Source of the DNA: Candidatus Woesearchaeota archaeon
Lineage (GTDB): Archaea; Nanobdellota; Nanobdellia; Woesearchaeales; UBA583
DNA length: 64,000 nucleotides
Direction: 5' to 3'
NCBI GenBank assembly: GCA_965205335.1
Contig: OZ242164.1
Coordinates: forward strand, 896,001-960,000
The notes under the pieces: model-generated
Database searches by the model: none
What the model was told of the DNA's origin: nothing
What the model saw: only the letters and a program-made list of their open reading frames with translations
Position numbers and translations under genes: made by a program
In this document: one piece after another, positions 10,185 through 21,672 of the stretch
How the letters are laid out: the number at the start of each line of letters is the position of its first letter
Numbering within the stretch: the stretch's first letter is position 1

Positions 10185-10307
10185 TATTATATGCTAAAAT
10201 CTCGCACTCTTTAATATTAAATCTCCAATTTATTTTTAAATATCTTAAAATTTTCCCCAAAGCCTTAAAGATGAATTTTATAAATGTTGAGAAGATGATA
10301 TTATTAC

Positions 10308-11465
10308 ATGAGATTTAATGTAATACTTGCTTTGTTTGTCTTAACATTTATTAGTGCATGCACATTAGAAGTTGAGAATCAAAGCAGAGACGTTAATGAG
10401 GTGAATAACACAGTGGAAGTGGATAATAAAGAATATGAAGTAGCAACATTCTCAGGAGGATGTTTTTGGTGCAGTGAGAAAGACTTTGAGAGATACGAAG
10501 GAGTAATTGAAGCAATTTCAGGATATGCTGGTGGAGAAGAGGAAAACCCTACATATGAGCAGGTATCATCAGGAAAAACAGGGCATAGAGAAGCAGTCTC
10601 TGTTCGTTATGACCCAAAAATTATAAGTTACGAAGAATTGCTTGAGATTTATTGGACACACATTGACCCAACAGATGACTCAGGTTCTTTTGTTGATAGA
10701 GGCTTTCAATATACATCAGCCATATACTATCATAACGAGATGCAAAGAGAACTTGCAGAAAAATCCAAAAAAGAACTTGAAGACTCTAAAAAATTTGACA
10801 AACCAATAGTTACCCCAATCATAAAATTTACAACATTTTATCCTGCTGAAGAATACCATCAGGACTATTACAAAAAAAATCCCATAAGATATAAAATTTA
10901 CAGAGGTGGTTCTGGAAGAGATAGATTTATTGAAGAAAACTGGGAAAACCAGACAGGAGAAAACGAGATTGGGGAAAACAAGATTGAAAAAGAGCAAGAA
11001 ACCGAACTGCCAACTAATTGGGAAGAATACGAAAAACCAGATGATGGAGAATTAAAAGACGAGCTATCTCCATTATCTTATGATGTAACACAAAATGATA
11101 CAACAGAGAGATCCTTTGATAATAAATACAATGACAATAAAGCAGAGGGAATTTATGTTGATATTGTATCAGGCGAACCCCTTTACAGTTCAACAGACAA
11201 ATATGACTCAGGAACTGGATGGCCTTCTTTTACAAAACCATTAAACGAATCTCACATTGTTTTGAAAAAGGATCACAAAATATTCATTCCCAGAACAGAA
11301 GTTAGATCAAAGTATGGGGACTCTCACATAGGACATGTATTTAATGATGGACCTGCTGATAAAGGTGGGAAGAGATACTGCATGAATTCTGCGGCAATGA
11401 GGTTTATTCCAAAAGAAGAAATGGAAAAAGAAGGCTATGGAAGTTATCTACATTTGTTTGAATAA
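10308..11465 (+). CDS. msrAB: Bifunctional methionine sulfoxide reductase MsrA/MsrB with lipoprotein-like signal
   Basis: [23 protein letters not shown] and RYCMNS motifs; N-terminal FISAC. Confidence 0.95.
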   Translation: MRFNVILALFVLTFISACTLEVENQSRDVNEVNNTVEVDNKEYEVATFSGGCFWCSEKDFERYEGVIEAISGYAGGEEENPTYEQVSSGKTGHREAVSVRYDPKIISYEELLEIYWTHIDPTDDSGSFVDRGFQYTSAIYYHNEMQRELAEKSKKELEDSKKFDKPIVTPIIKFTTFYPAEEYHQDYYKKNPIRYKIYRGGSGRDRFIEENWENQTGENEIGENKIEKEQETELPTNWEEYEKPDDGELKDELSPLSYDVTQNDTTERSFDNKYNDNKAEGIYVDIVSGEPLYSSTDKYDSGTGWPSFTKPLNESHIVLKKDHKIFIPRTEVRSKYGDSHIGHVFNDGPADKGGKRYCMNSAAMRFIPKEEMEKEGYGSYLHLFE

Positions 11466-11500
11466 CTAATATCAAATTTTATTATAAACTATTATCCTTT

Positions 11501-11854
11501 TTATAACTTTAACTCAACTGCTTCAATCAAATATTCTTCAATCTTTTTCCTGTCTATCTCTTCAACTGACTTAATCAAAATGTACTTAACTTTCTTAGTC
11601 CCATTAGAAAATAAATTATATCTATCACTCATTGCAAACCCATTTTCAAAACCCATTTTAACACAATCATTTTGTGGAAACAATCCTACATAATAACCTG
11701 CCTTAGGATGAACATACCCAAGTCCATGCCAACCCATATAAACTTTCTCTTTTGTATTTGGAAAAGTCTGAAAAATAATACCTGACAACACATCAATAAT
11801 TTCACGTATGTGAGAGGGATAAAACGAAAGCAATTCCTCTGGATTTTTCTTCAT
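11501..11854 (-). CDS. DUF1801 (YdhG-like) protein
   Basis: Size and pattern (E..W...GY..VKMGF..G..D...L..GTKKVKYI). Confidence 0.7.
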   Translation of the reverse strand: MKKNPEELLSFYPSHIREIIDVLSGIIFQTFPNTKEKVYMGWHGLGYVHPKAGYYVGLFPQNDCVKMGFENGFAMSDRYNLFSNGTKKVKYILIKSVEEIDRKKIEEYLIEAVELKL

Positions 11855-11902
11855 ACATACAACAAACCCTAAACAATTATAAATATATTTAAATGTTGAG
11901 AT

Positions 11903-12691
11903 TTATTTAAAATTTAACTCCAATCCAATTGGACAATGATCACTGCCCATAATCTCATTATAAATCTCTGCTTTTTCAATATTACTTCTCAAACTCTCTG
12001 AAACGCAGAAATAATCAATACGCCATCCCACATTCTTAGCTCTTGCATTAAACATATATGACCACCAAGAATACTTTTTCTCATCTGGATGCAATTCCCT
12101 GAATGTATCAATAAAACCTGCTTCTAAAATCTTTCCAAACTTTTCTCTTTCCTTATCTGTAAACCCTGCATTGCCAGGTTTTGTTTTTGTAGTCTTATTA
12201 GTATTGGGATTTTTCAAATCAATCTCATTATATGCAACATTTAAATCCCCGCATAAAACAACTGGCTTTTTTTTCTCCAAACCCTTAACATATTCTAAAA
12301 AATCAATATCCCATTCATTATACCGATAATCCAATCTCTCAAGCCCTCTTTTAGAATTAGGAGTATAAACACAAACTAAATAATACTTACTAAACTCAAC
12401 ACTAATAACTCTTCCCTCATCATCATGCTTTGAAATTCCCATCCCAAGTTCTACACTCTTAGGTTCAACCTTTGAAAAAACAGCAGTTCCACTATATCCA
12501 CTTTTCTTTGCACTATTCCAATACTCATAACCAAGTTCTTTAAGTTCATCCCCTAATTGTTCAGGGCGAGCCTTTGTCTCTTGAAGACACACAATGTCCG
12601 CATTCAACTTTTTAATAGAATCAATAAAACCCTTCTTAATAACTGAGCGAATCCCATTAACATTCCATGAAACAATCTTAACATTTCCCAT
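11903..12691 (-). CDS. xth: Exodeoxyribonuclease III (AP endonuclease)
   Basis: [25 protein letters not shown] and SDHCP motifs. Confidence 0.97.
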   Translation of the reverse strand: MGNVKIVSWNVNGIRSVIKKGFIDSIKKLNADIVCLQETKARPEQLGDELKELGYEYWNSAKKSGYSGTAVFSKVEPKSVELGMGISKHDDEGRVISVEFSKYYLVCVYTPNSKRGLERLDYRYNEWDIDFLEYVKGLEKKKPVVLCGDLNVAYNEIDLKNPNTNKTTKTKPGNAGFTDKEREKFGKILEAGFIDTFRELHPDEKKYSWWSYMFNARAKNVGWRIDYFCVSESLRSNIEKAEIYNEIMGSDHCPIGLELNFK

Positions 12692-12744
12692 AAAAAAGCA
12701 TAAAACAAATCATTTAAATAACTTTTGAAAAAATAAAAATCCTA

Positions 12745-13530
12745 TTACCTAAGCCCAAGAGCCTTTAAAATACTCCTTAAAAAACTATTCTCCACTTCAA
12801 GTTCCTCAATCCTTCTCTGATATTCACCACTATCAACTCTTCTTGCTAAATGATGATACTGGCGCGCCGTATGAGAATTAGGTTTAATATGCACAATAGG
12901 ACTTTTCTTGTAAATTGCTTCACGCATTGCCCTATCATCCATAATGACACTCACAATAGGAGTCTCAAGCAAACTCTCGATGGCTCTAAGACCCAAATCA
13001 AAATTATCCTTGCGAACCTTATTTAAAACAACTCCCTTAACAGGAATTCCAATCTCTCTGGCAAGAGTTACAACCTTAAAAGCATCAGTTACAGCAGGAA
13101 GTTCAGGATTTGTAATCAAAATCACTTCATCCGCATTTCTTAAAACTGAAATACTCTCATTCCCAAGCCCTGCAGCGCTATCCACTACAACATAATCACA
13201 CATCTCTCTCAAATCATCAAAAATACTTTTAATCTTTCTTGAATTAACCTCTGAAAAACTTCTAATTGACAAACTTCCAGGGAGCAATTTAAAACCTAAG
13301 GGATGCATATAAATAGCATCATTTAAATTAGCTTCTCCTTTAAGAACATCATTTAAAGTAACTGGAAACTTTGTAAACCCTAAATGCAAACCAACATTTG
13401 GAGTTGTCAGATTTCCATCAACCAAAATAACATCTTTCCCATGCTTAGAAAGAGAAGTTGCAAGATTAACACTTGTAGTTGTTTTTCCAACTCCTCCTTT
13501 TCCTGACGAAATAACAAGTAACTTTCCCAT
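12745..13530 (-). CDS. minD: MinD/ParA family ATPase
   Basis: SGKGGVGKTT deviant Walker A; DSAAGLG; C-terminal amphipathic FLRSIL. Confidence 0.9.
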   Translation of the reverse strand: MGKLLVISSGKGGVGKTTTSVNLATSLSKHGKDVILVDGNLTTPNVGLHLGFTKFPVTLNDVLKGEANLNDAIYMHPLGFKLLPGSLSIRSFSEVNSRKIKSIFDDLREMCDYVVVDSAAGLGNESISVLRNADEVILITNPELPAVTDAFKVVTLAREIGIPVKGVVLNKVRKDNFDLGLRAIESLLETPIVSVIMDDRAMREAIYKKSPIVHIKPNSHTARQYHHLARRVDSGEYQRRIEELEVENSFLRSILKALGLR

Positions 13531-13583
13531 TTTTTTACTATGAAAAAAGTTAAGAATAAATCTTATATAACCAATTATAACTA

Positions 13584-14033
13584 CTAACTAGCAACAGAAC
13601 TTAGAGATGAACAAGCCACCTTCAAATTATCAAAAAAATCCAAAAGTTTATTCATATTAATAACATACTCCTCTCCATCAATATATGACACCATACACAA
13701 ATTCTTTCTGTACTCTCCAATACTATCAAAATCACTTAACAATAACCTCTTTAACAAAAAATAATCTGACAGATCAATATTAATTCCTCTTGCCGCTAAC
13801 GAATCAGATAAAAGTTGCACCTTATGAGATACAGGTGAATCCCTAAACTCTTGGGCATCAACAAATATATGATATGCTATTACAAAAAAATTTTCGTAAC
13901 CTACAACAATAGTTCCCATTACCTTTCTGAGCATTTCTGTAGTTCTTGTGAATTTACATGATACATAAATCATATGTTCAATACTATTTAGATGTCTTCT
14001 CAGATTAATTAACTGTTCAACTGTCTCTTCCAT
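13584..14033 (-). CDS. Hypothetical protein
   Basis: 149-aa ORF tightly coupled to nac. Confidence 0.75.
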   Translation of the reverse strand: MEETVEQLINLRRHLNSIEHMIYVSCKFTRTTEMLRKVMGTIVVGYENFFVIAYHIFVDAQEFRDSPVSHKVQLLSDSLAARGINIDLSDYFLLKRLLLSDFDSIGEYRKNLCMVSYIDGEEYVINMNKLLDFFDNLKVACSSLSSVAS

Positions 14034-14038
14034 TTTTT

Positions 14039-14374
14039 TTAATTTAAGTTTACGATTGCTTGGGCGATATCGCCATCTGCTTTCTCAAGTGCCTTCCTTG
14101 CTTTCTCATCCGAAACTCCAGCCTGCTCACAAACAACTTTCACATCATCATCTGAAATGAAAACTTCAGTTTTATTTCCTTCTTCTCTAAAATCCCCTGA
14201 CAACTGAAAAGTAGTCTGATTACGCATTGAAATCTTCTGAACTGAAGGATTATCAAAAACCAATGTATTTGAAGGTGTCTTTATAATTACACAAGTAGCA
14301 CCCACATCCTCCTGAGACATTCCAAACTGTTTCATCATTTGTTGAACTTGTCTTGGATTCACGCCAGGTATCAC
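14039..14374 (-). CDS. nac: Nascent polypeptide-associated complex protein
   Basis: NPRQVQQMMKQFG and UBA-like DDVKVV.EQAGVS..ARKALE..GDIAQAI. Confidence 0.95.
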   Translation of the reverse strand: MIPGVNPRQVQQMMKQFGMSQEDVGATCVIIKTPSNTLVFDNPSVQKISMRNQTTFQLSGDFREEGNKTEVFISDDDVKVVCEQAGVSDEKARKALEKADGDIAQAIVNLN

Positions 14375-14442
14375 TCTTAAACCATTTACCTAAATATTAG
14401 GTATTTCTCCCTCCTTATTTTTTATCTCATTAATCATTTTAT

Positions 14443-14607
14443 TCAACTTACATTAAATAATATCCAAATAAAACCAACAGTTGCGAGCGAAAAGATAATC
14501 ACGAGTTTAGGGCTAAACTCAAATTTTGTGTGTAAAGAAGATGAAAATCCTCCCACCAATCCACCCTGACCAGAAGGAAGAGAGATGCCACTTTGTTTTC
14601 TCGCCAT
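14443..14607 (-). CDS. secG: Preprotein translocase subunit Sec61beta (not in ORF track)
   Basis: Manual translation MARKQSGISLPSGQGGLVGGFSSSLHTKFEFSPKLVIIFSLATVGFIWILFNVS (54 aa): GGL..F..SP then a TM segment. Confidence 0.85.
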   Translation of the reverse strand: MARKQSGISLPSGQGGLVGGFSSSLHTKFEFSPKLVIIFSLATVGFIWILFNVS

Positions 14608-14758
14608 TTAGTACTTAATTAAGACAAGTAATTATATAAACTTTTGGTGTTTCTACAAGTAACAACACATAAAACATTGATACATTTTAATAGAAGAAAG
14701 AAACAATCTATGAATAACAAAAACAAACCTATTTAAACACAGAAAAACCATTATAACT

Positions 14759-15583
14759 ATGAAGATAGCCTTAAAACTAAACAAATCCATTAACGATAAC
14801 GCAAACATTTACTTTGAAAAAGCAAAAAAACTCAAATCCAAAATTAAAGGGATAAATAACATCATTTCTAGAACCAAAAGAGAAATCAAAGAATTTGAAA
14901 ACAAAAAACAAGAATACATAAAAAAAAAAGAAATAACCTATAAGATAAACCTTCATAGAAAAAAAGAATGGTATGAAAAATTCAGATGGACTAAAACATC
15001 AAAAGGATTTCTTGTTGCAATCGGCAAAGACTCAGGAACAAATGAAATTCTTATTAAAAAGCATCTTGAAGAAAACGATTTGGTAATACACACGCAGGCT
15101 CAGGGCTCTCCTTTTGGTTTAATTAAAAATGCAAAAGATAAAGTTTCAAAAGAAGAAATTGAAGAAGCCATGCAGTTTGTATGCTGTTTCTCAAAACAGT
15201 GGGCGAGAGGATATGGAAATGCAGATGCCTTCTGGGTTTTACCTAACCAAATATCAAAAAAAGCCCAGAGCGGTGAATACATATCAAAAGGAGCATTTAT
15301 GATAAGAGGGAAAAAAAACATCGTAAAAAACATTCAGACAAGAATCTGTCTTGGAGTAACAAAACACAAAATCAAAACTCCCGAGGGAGAAATTGAAACA
15401 GAAGAACTATTCTCAGGTTCAGAAAAAGCCTGCATAAAACTATGCAAAAACAGATACATTAAACTTGAACCAGGAAACTCAAATTACAAAGTCCTAAACA
15501 AAGAAATAAAGAAGAAATTAAAAACCCATATTGAAGATTTGCCCAAATACATCCCAAACAACTGCAAAATACTAAAAAAATAA
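14759..15583 (+). CDS. NFACT-R (DUF814) domain protein, Rqc2/NEMF-related
   Basis: NANIYFEKAKK, WYEKFRW, GKD..TNE and SGEY..KGAFMIRG motifs. Confidence 0.9.
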   Translation: MKIALKLNKSINDNANIYFEKAKKLKSKIKGINNIISRTKREIKEFENKKQEYIKKKEITYKINLHRKKEWYEKFRWTKTSKGFLVAIGKDSGTNEILIKKHLEENDLVIHTQAQGSPFGLIKNAKDKVSKEEIEEAMQFVCCFSKQWARGYGNADAFWVLPNQISKKAQSGEYISKGAFMIRGKKNIVKNIQTRICLGVTKHKIKTPEGEIETEELFSGSEKACIKLCKNRYIKLEPGNSNYKVLNKEIKKKLKTHIEDLPKYIPNNCKILKK

Positions 15584-15610
15584 AAAACATTATAACCAAA
15601 ATTATCCAAG

Positions 15611-16903
15611 TTACTTCTCATATAAAACGTCTACACTTCTTATATCAAACCCTTCCAGATTTGAACTCCATAACTTCTCAAAATTTTTCCTATCCTTTGA
15701 CAAACAATACGCAAGCCTTGAAAAAAGAGTTTCACTTGTTAAATTCATGCCATGCCCAAAAGCACTTGTTGCTTTAATATGTCTTCCATATGAATAAACA
15801 TTCAAATTAACCCCACCATAAACACACTGCGTGCTCATAACAACTTTTGCTTTCTTTGCCAAACTTTCAAGTTCCTTTAAATTCCTTGAATTCTCTCTTG
15901 TAAACTCATCTATCTCATCAACTGCCATATGTCCAAGCCCTGTTCCCTCTATAACTACCCCATCATAAAACTCAAGATTTCTTATCTCTCTACTCATTAA
16001 ATTAGGATGGGACTTAAAAAATCCTATCTTCAACTTAGTATTATACTTAGAATAACAAAACTTGCTTTTGGGCTCTTTTGTAAACAACTCCTCTCGCTTA
16101 ATAACAACTTTATCATCTACAATCTCTGCAACATGTTCATAATTAATCTGCTTAAAAGCATCTCTTCTTGACGAATGCATCTTCCTAACATTTATTGCAT
16201 CAAAAATAACAAAACTCTTATCAGAAATATTCCCATGCATGCACACACAAACCCTTCTAAAAGCCCTATCAAACTTTGAATTCTCTTTAATAAAAACTAC
16301 TGTGGCCCTTAAATTTGAATATGCATCTGAACTTGCTCTATCTGAACTTCTCTGAGCTCCAACTATAACAATTGGAATATTAAGATTTTCAACAGAATAC
16401 TGCAAAGCGGGAGCACTATATTGAATAGTATCTGTGCCATGCGAAATAATTATTCCTGCAAGATTTTTCTTTCCAATAATCTTATCAATCTCATCTAACA
16501 ACAAATTCCAATGATTAAAATTCATATCCCCAGAAAAAATATTTCCAATCATCTTAGCCTCAATATGAACTATCTCATTAAGTTCTGGATACATACTAAT
16601 AAGTTCATTAGGAGTAAACTTAGAAGATACTGCCCCAGTTTTATAATCAACCTTTGATGCAATAGTTCCACCCGTATGAAGTATAACAACTTTTGGCAAA
16701 TCCATATCCTTGCTCTTATCTCTTACTACCTTTTCACTTTTCCTATCCACTACCGTCTTCTTTGAAACAATTTTGCATTCAGATTTTAAAACATTAGAAT
16801 TATACCCAGACTTCAACTTAATTGTCATATATCTATCATCCTCCTTCAAAAGAATTCCCTTTAAAACTTCATCCTTATACTCTACTACAATCTCTATGTT
16901 CAT
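15611..16903 (-). CDS. gatD: Glu-tRNA(Gln) amidotransferase subunit D
   Basis: KLKSGYN, TGGTIASKVDY, HGTDT, GAQRSSDR and KMHSSRRDAF motifs. Confidence 0.95.
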   Translation of the reverse strand: MNIEIVVEYKDEVLKGILLKEDDRYMTIKLKSGYNSNVLKSECKIVSKKTVVDRKSEKVVRDKSKDMDLPKVVILHTGGTIASKVDYKTGAVSSKFTPNELISMYPELNEIVHIEAKMIGNIFSGDMNFNHWNLLLDEIDKIIGKKNLAGIIISHGTDTIQYSAPALQYSVENLNIPIVIVGAQRSSDRASSDAYSNLRATVVFIKENSKFDRAFRRVCVCMHGNISDKSFVIFDAINVRKMHSSRRDAFKQINYEHVAEIVDDKVVIKREELFTKEPKSKFCYSKYNTKLKIGFFKSHPNLMSREIRNLEFYDGVVIEGTGLGHMAVDEIDEFTRENSRNLKELESLAKKAKVVMSTQCVYGGVNLNVYSYGRHIKATSAFGHGMNLTSETLFSRLAYCLSKDRKNFEKLWSSNLEGFDIRSVDVLYEK

Positions 16904-16997
16904 AACATAAATTCAATCTATAAATTTATAAGTCTTTTGAGTTAAAAAATTTCACACAACTAACAAACACACAAACTCCAGACAACTAAACCTAAAA

Positions 16998-19271
16998 CTA
17001 TCTACTCCAAGTAATAAAAGAACTTAAATCAGGGGCACTATTAATATTAAATCTATCATACTCTGAATTTCCACTTGAATCAACAGGAGATACCTTTCTA
17101 ACCTCAATTGAAGTAATATCAGAAGAATATTGCAGATTTTCAATCTTTCCATTGTCATCGACTTCTGAAGTTATTACATTTGGTGAATCTAATTCACTTC
17201 TGTACACTAAAGTTTGAGTATATAAAGATTTAACGTCTTCCGATTCCTTAGGCCTCCACTGGATGAAAAAATCATTTCCTACTCTATTTAAACTATAAGA
17301 CACAAAAACCACAGAACTAATATCGGGTGGTTTATTATCTATTATCTCTACAACATTCTTATATGGCCTAATTAAAATTCCATCTTCCTTATTTAGAACA
17401 TAATAATTAGTATCACTTGTGGAACTCTGTGAAATATCATACTCCTTAAAAATCTCTCTGAGAGTTCCACGTCCCTGCTCATCCTCTGTAACCAAAACAA
17501 CATTATAATTCTTTGAATTCTCTAAACTAAACTCAGGTCCAACAAAAACAACTTTTTCGTAATTTGGATTATTCACATTAGAAATATCAGAAGTAACCAA
17601 AACATTAGTATCTATTTTTGACAAACTCTTATAACAAAAATTTGTATTGCAAACACCTTTTTCAAGTTCCACATCATCATCACCCACTTTATAAACATAC
17701 AAACCGTATGAATAAATCTCATCATCAGAATTATCGTCAACATTAATATTAATAGCAAATGAATTCTCCATATCTGGCAAATTATTAATTATAGAGACTT
17801 CATCCGTTCTCAAAGATCTTGGCCCAAAAACCTTTTGGGGGATTTTTGAATTATATGAAAGTTTAAGCAGATTCTCATCTGTAAAATAATTATAATTCGG
17901 GTGATCTACTGCAAAAACAGCAAAATAAACCTTTCTCCCTTCCTCAAGCAGAACATAATCCTCAGAATCAAAATCATATATCTGATAAACTATTTTACTC
18001 TTAATACTATTTGGTCCAAAACCACCTTCACCATCAACTAATAAAAGATTCAAATTCAAATTGCTATCCTCATTAGAATGATAATACTTAACTCCATCAA
18101 CTGAAATAGAAGTATCATGCAAAGTACTTGGAATCTCGCTATTAACAAGCAAATCCTTCAACTTATTATATTTCTCAGAACCATAAACTTCAGGATCAAA
18201 AAAATCCTCATATGAATATAGCACAATAAACCTATTAGAAACTTCCTTTGTTGCAAACTTTGAAATTCTTATCTTTATTGCATTATCTAAAACCTCAAAA
18301 TTACTAAGAGAATATTCAACCACATCATAAGGAGCCTCATCTAAAACAATCATAAACTCCAAATCCAAATTACCTTCCTTAGAATCAAAATTAACCATGA
18401 AAATATCATAACCTTCAAGAGGAATTTCAGAAAGTTCTTTTACAGAAACATCAAACTCACTTAAAATTTTAGAATTCTTCTTACGAATCAATTCCTTAAA
18501 AATCAAATTAATACAATACTCTACTTTATTTATTACATTATCTGGAATATCCTCACGCCTTCTGCAAACAGGAATTTCACTTTTCACAGAATCAGATAAC
18601 TCAGGCAGAACATGATTTATCACATTAAAAAGTTCAGAATAAGAACCTAATACAAAATCAAACTCATATACATTATCTCTTGAAACAGAACCCACATCAG
18701 AAGAATACAACTGATTAGATGAAATACTTATCAAAAACTCAGAATGAGAAGCAGAACTAACATCTATGGACTTAAGATCTAAATCATTACTTTTACTAAA
18801 AAACCCCCCTATTTCTTTTTTCAATTCTTTTTCTAAATAAATTGCAAAAGCATTATTAAACTCCTCCACATCACTAATACAAGAAACACCATCACTATCA
18901 TCTGTCTTTGTTTCATCAATTAACTTCTGATTATAAAAAATAGGTGTTTTTGTCTCGTCATAAAGACATCCAACAAAATTCTCTCTATCAAGATCATCTA
19001 AATTCCTTTCAATACCATATAACTGGTTATCTATGAAATCATCAATTGACTTTGAAGCATAATTCAAAACAAACGAATTCAAAAAAATCTCTTCATAAAA
19101 AGATATTGAATTAGACTTATCAACAGATTTCAAAATAAAAAACTCTTTATCAAAATATGAATCCTTATGACTTGACAAAACAAAAATAAAAAAAGCTAGA
19201 ACTAAAATAATCATTGCGACAGACATAATATATGGGAAAATTGTACTTGCTTTTTTATTAAACATAATCAT
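16998..19271 (-). CDS. Large acidic surface protein with class III-like signal
   Basis: NKKA followed by a hydrophobic stretch; beta-rich acidic body. Confidence 0.7.
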   Translation of the reverse strand: MIMFNKKASTIFPYIMSVAMIILVLAFFIFVLSSHKDSYFDKEFFILKSVDKSNSISFYEEIFLNSFVLNYASKSIDDFIDNQLYGIERNLDDLDRENFVGCLYDETKTPIFYNQKLIDETKTDDSDGVSCISDVEEFNNAFAIYLEKELKKEIGGFFSKSNDLDLKSIDVSSASHSEFLISISSNQLYSSDVGSVSRDNVYEFDFVLGSYSELFNVINHVLPELSDSVKSEIPVCRRREDIPDNVINKVEYCINLIFKELIRKKNSKILSEFDVSVKELSEIPLEGYDIFMVNFDSKEGNLDLEFMIVLDEAPYDVVEYSLSNFEVLDNAIKIRISKFATKEVSNRFIVLYSYEDFFDPEVYGSEKYNKLKDLLVNSEIPSTLHDTSISVDGVKYYHSNEDSNLNLNLLLVDGEGGFGPNSIKSKIVYQIYDFDSEDYVLLEEGRKVYFAVFAVDHPNYNYFTDENLLKLSYNSKIPQKVFGPRSLRTDEVSIINNLPDMENSFAININVDDNSDDEIYSYGLYVYKVGDDDVELEKGVCNTNFCYKSLSKIDTNVLVTSDISNVNNPNYEKVVFVGPEFSLENSKNYNVVLVTEDEQGRGTLREIFKEYDISQSSTSDTNYYVLNKEDGILIRPYKNVVEIIDNKPPDISSVVFVSYSLNRVGNDFFIQWRPKESEDVKSLYTQTLVYRSELDSPNVITSEVDDNGKIENLQYSSDITSIEVRKVSPVDSSGNSEYDRFNINSAPDLSSFITWSR

Positions 19272-19277
19272 CTTTCT

Positions 19278-19850
19278 TTAAGGACCTCCAGGAACTCTGA
19301 CAATAGGAGAATTTGGTAAAAACTTATTAAAATAGACTTTAGTATAACCTGAATTAGAAGTTCTAATAGTCACAAAATAATTCAAGTTCAAAAGAGGACC
19401 ATAATAATAAATAGGAGCATCCTTTTCACTTTTTATATCAAGCAGAGTATCTCTATTAACTTTTGTGCCTGAATGTTTCTCATAAAGTTCATAAATATCT
19501 TTTTTTTCTGATGACTTACCAATCTCACTTAGGTATTCTTCTTTATATTCCCCAACCAAAGATAAACTATCTTTAGTATCAAGCCAGATTAAATCATAAA
19601 CCCTATAATCACGCGAACTGTCTCCAAAATGCTCTTTGGCTTCATCATCACTAATCTTTAGCATCAGAAAAGTATTAACAAAAACTCTGGGGAACTCATA
19701 TAACAAATCAGGAACACTTTCTTCTATATCATCATTAAGTGCACTTGAAGAAGAAAATGCAAGGTACATTACAACAGAACAAACTACTAAAGTCACTGCC
19801 CAAAGCACATATGAATACAACAAATACTGGGCTTTTTTTGAATCTTTCAT
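19278..19850 (-). CDS. Pilin-like protein (class III signal peptide)
   Basis: SKKAQ followed by a hydrophobic helix. Confidence 0.7.
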   Translation of the reverse strand: MKDSKKAQYLLYSYVLWAVTLVVCSVVMYLAFSSSSALNDDIEESVPDLLYEFPRVFVNTFLMLKISDDEAKEHFGDSSRDYRVYDLIWLDTKDSLSLVGEYKEEYLSEIGKSSEKKDIYELYEKHSGTKVNRDTLLDIKSEKDAPIYYYGPLLNLNYFVTIRTSNSGYTKVYFNKFLPNSPIVRVPGGP

Positions 19851-19853
19851 TTT

Positions 19854-21566
19854 TTAATAATGAGGAAATTTGTGAACCTTCTTAAAAATATCATAAACCT
19901 TTGTTAAATCATCAAATGTATCAAGTTGAGCAACAATATTAGCTCTATCTCTCTTCTTTGCTTCCTTACTGTATTTTTCAGGAACATCAGGTCCACTTGA
20001 TTTCTTAATATTTTTACTTCTCTTTTCTTCCTTCTTACCACCCCCAATATCAGGTTTAATTACTGAAAACAAATCCGTTTCATCAGGATCTGGAAATTCT
20101 TCATTAAAGAAATTCATATATGCAAGCAAATCATCACGAATTATAGCCAATTCTTCAATAAATGATTCCATAATTCTGAGATTATCCACCTTTAACTTCT
20201 CTCTATATGATGCTAATTCATAAATATTCCATGTTACTCCCTTATAATTTATATCATTTCTCGTATTGGGAATAAACTGCTCTCCTTGTTGCGTTGTAAT
20301 CTTCTCAGAACGTCTTCTCTGTGAAAAATTATACTCAATTATTGGTAACTTTCTCATATCTATCTTGAAAACATAAGCAGGATTTTCTTTCCATTTCCTT
20401 TTTATTTCCTTAAACTCCTTAGGGGTAATATCCTTATTTTTTGATTCAAAAAAAACATACTTAGGATGAGTTCCTCTTTCTTCTCCTGCTAAAAACCCAC
20501 TCTTTTTTCTATATTTTCCAGCTATTATCTCAAAACCATTAATAAAAAGTCCATATCTTGTAAACTCAATATCTGTCATCTCATTCTCCCCTCTGGGCTT
20601 AAAGAAATATCTTGGAGAAACCACTTTGATATTAGAAAAAGAAGCATCCATAAGATTTAACAAATCAGGATGATTCTCCTCAAAACCGTAAAACCAATTT
20701 TCTGAACTTGTTCCTTCCATCTTCCTGTTAATCTCCATCAAAAGAGGTTTCATAAAAGTAATATACATCTGCGTCTGGGCATAAATATTTTTCAAAGCTG
20801 AAATCTTAAGTCTAAACGTCATCTCAGTATCCTTAATTGCAGTTGGAAGCCAAGTATAAAACCTATACATAAACCTTGCAGTATGTTCTGATGCCAAATG
20901 AGACACATCAACAGGATAAATATCTTCATCAAGTTGCTGCTTAAATGTCTTTTTTGTCTGAAAAGGATCATCTAAATTAATTCCAAAAAACAACTGAGGC
21001 AAAAGAGCAAAATCCAACCCCTGTTCTGTCTGAGGCTTGTGCATTTGCCAGATTTTTCCACCATCAACCTCATTCACCCATTTATCCTTTAAATGATTAA
21101 CCGCTTCATTTCTCTCATTTCTCCATTTCTTCAAATCCTCTGAATTAGGGTTCTCCTTTTTCAGTTCGTTCTGAACCAAAGCATCATTATAAGTTATCTT
21201 ATCAAACCACTTTTTATAAAAGTGAACTTCCTTAACCTCTTTTAGAAGAGGAATCAAATGCTGACGAATAAGAGTTATCAACTGCTGAAAATTCTCCTGA
21301 AAAGCCTTTATTGCATTTCCCTTAATTTGTCTCACATTTCCTCCAAACTGAGAGGATTCACTAAAATAGTGATTATCCTCAAACTTTAGAAAATTCCATC
21401 CTTTCCCGTTAGTATGTCCGAAATGAATATGCCAAAAATAAATATCAGACAAATCTACATTAGGTCCATGAATAGATATCCTCAATTCCATAAAAGGTTT
21501 ATCTAAAGAAGCAGTCCGAGTGTACTCTGTCTTAGCTCTATCTAAAAGCAAAAAATCATCAGCCAT
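19854..21566 (-). CDS. Hypothetical protein
   Basis: 570-aa ORF, first gene of an operon with the two pilin-like genes. Confidence 0.8.
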   Translation of the reverse strand: MADDFLLLDRAKTEYTRTASLDKPFMELRISIHGPNVDLSDIYFWHIHFGHTNGKGWNFLKFEDNHYFSESSQFGGNVRQIKGNAIKAFQENFQQLITLIRQHLIPLLKEVKEVHFYKKWFDKITYNDALVQNELKKENPNSEDLKKWRNERNEAVNHLKDKWVNEVDGGKIWQMHKPQTEQGLDFALLPQLFFGINLDDPFQTKKTFKQQLDEDIYPVDVSHLASEHTARFMYRFYTWLPTAIKDTEMTFRLKISALKNIYAQTQMYITFMKPLLMEINRKMEGTSSENWFYGFEENHPDLLNLMDASFSNIKVVSPRYFFKPRGENEMTDIEFTRYGLFINGFEIIAGKYRKKSGFLAGEERGTHPKYVFFESKNKDITPKEFKEIKRKWKENPAYVFKIDMRKLPIIEYNFSQRRRSEKITTQQGEQFIPNTRNDINYKGVTWNIYELASYREKLKVDNLRIMESFIEELAIIRDDLLAYMNFFNEEFPDPDETDLFSVIKPDIGGGKKEEKRSKNIKKSSGPDVPEKYSKEAKKRDRANIVAQLDTFDDLTKVYDIFKKVHKFPHY

Positions 21567-21672
21567 TTATATAAACCAATATATTTTTAATTTATAAATT
21601 TCGTTCTAACTTAATAAGTAGTGTTTAAAAGCGCAAAAGCAGATTTATAACTAAACAAAAATTCCTAAAAAT

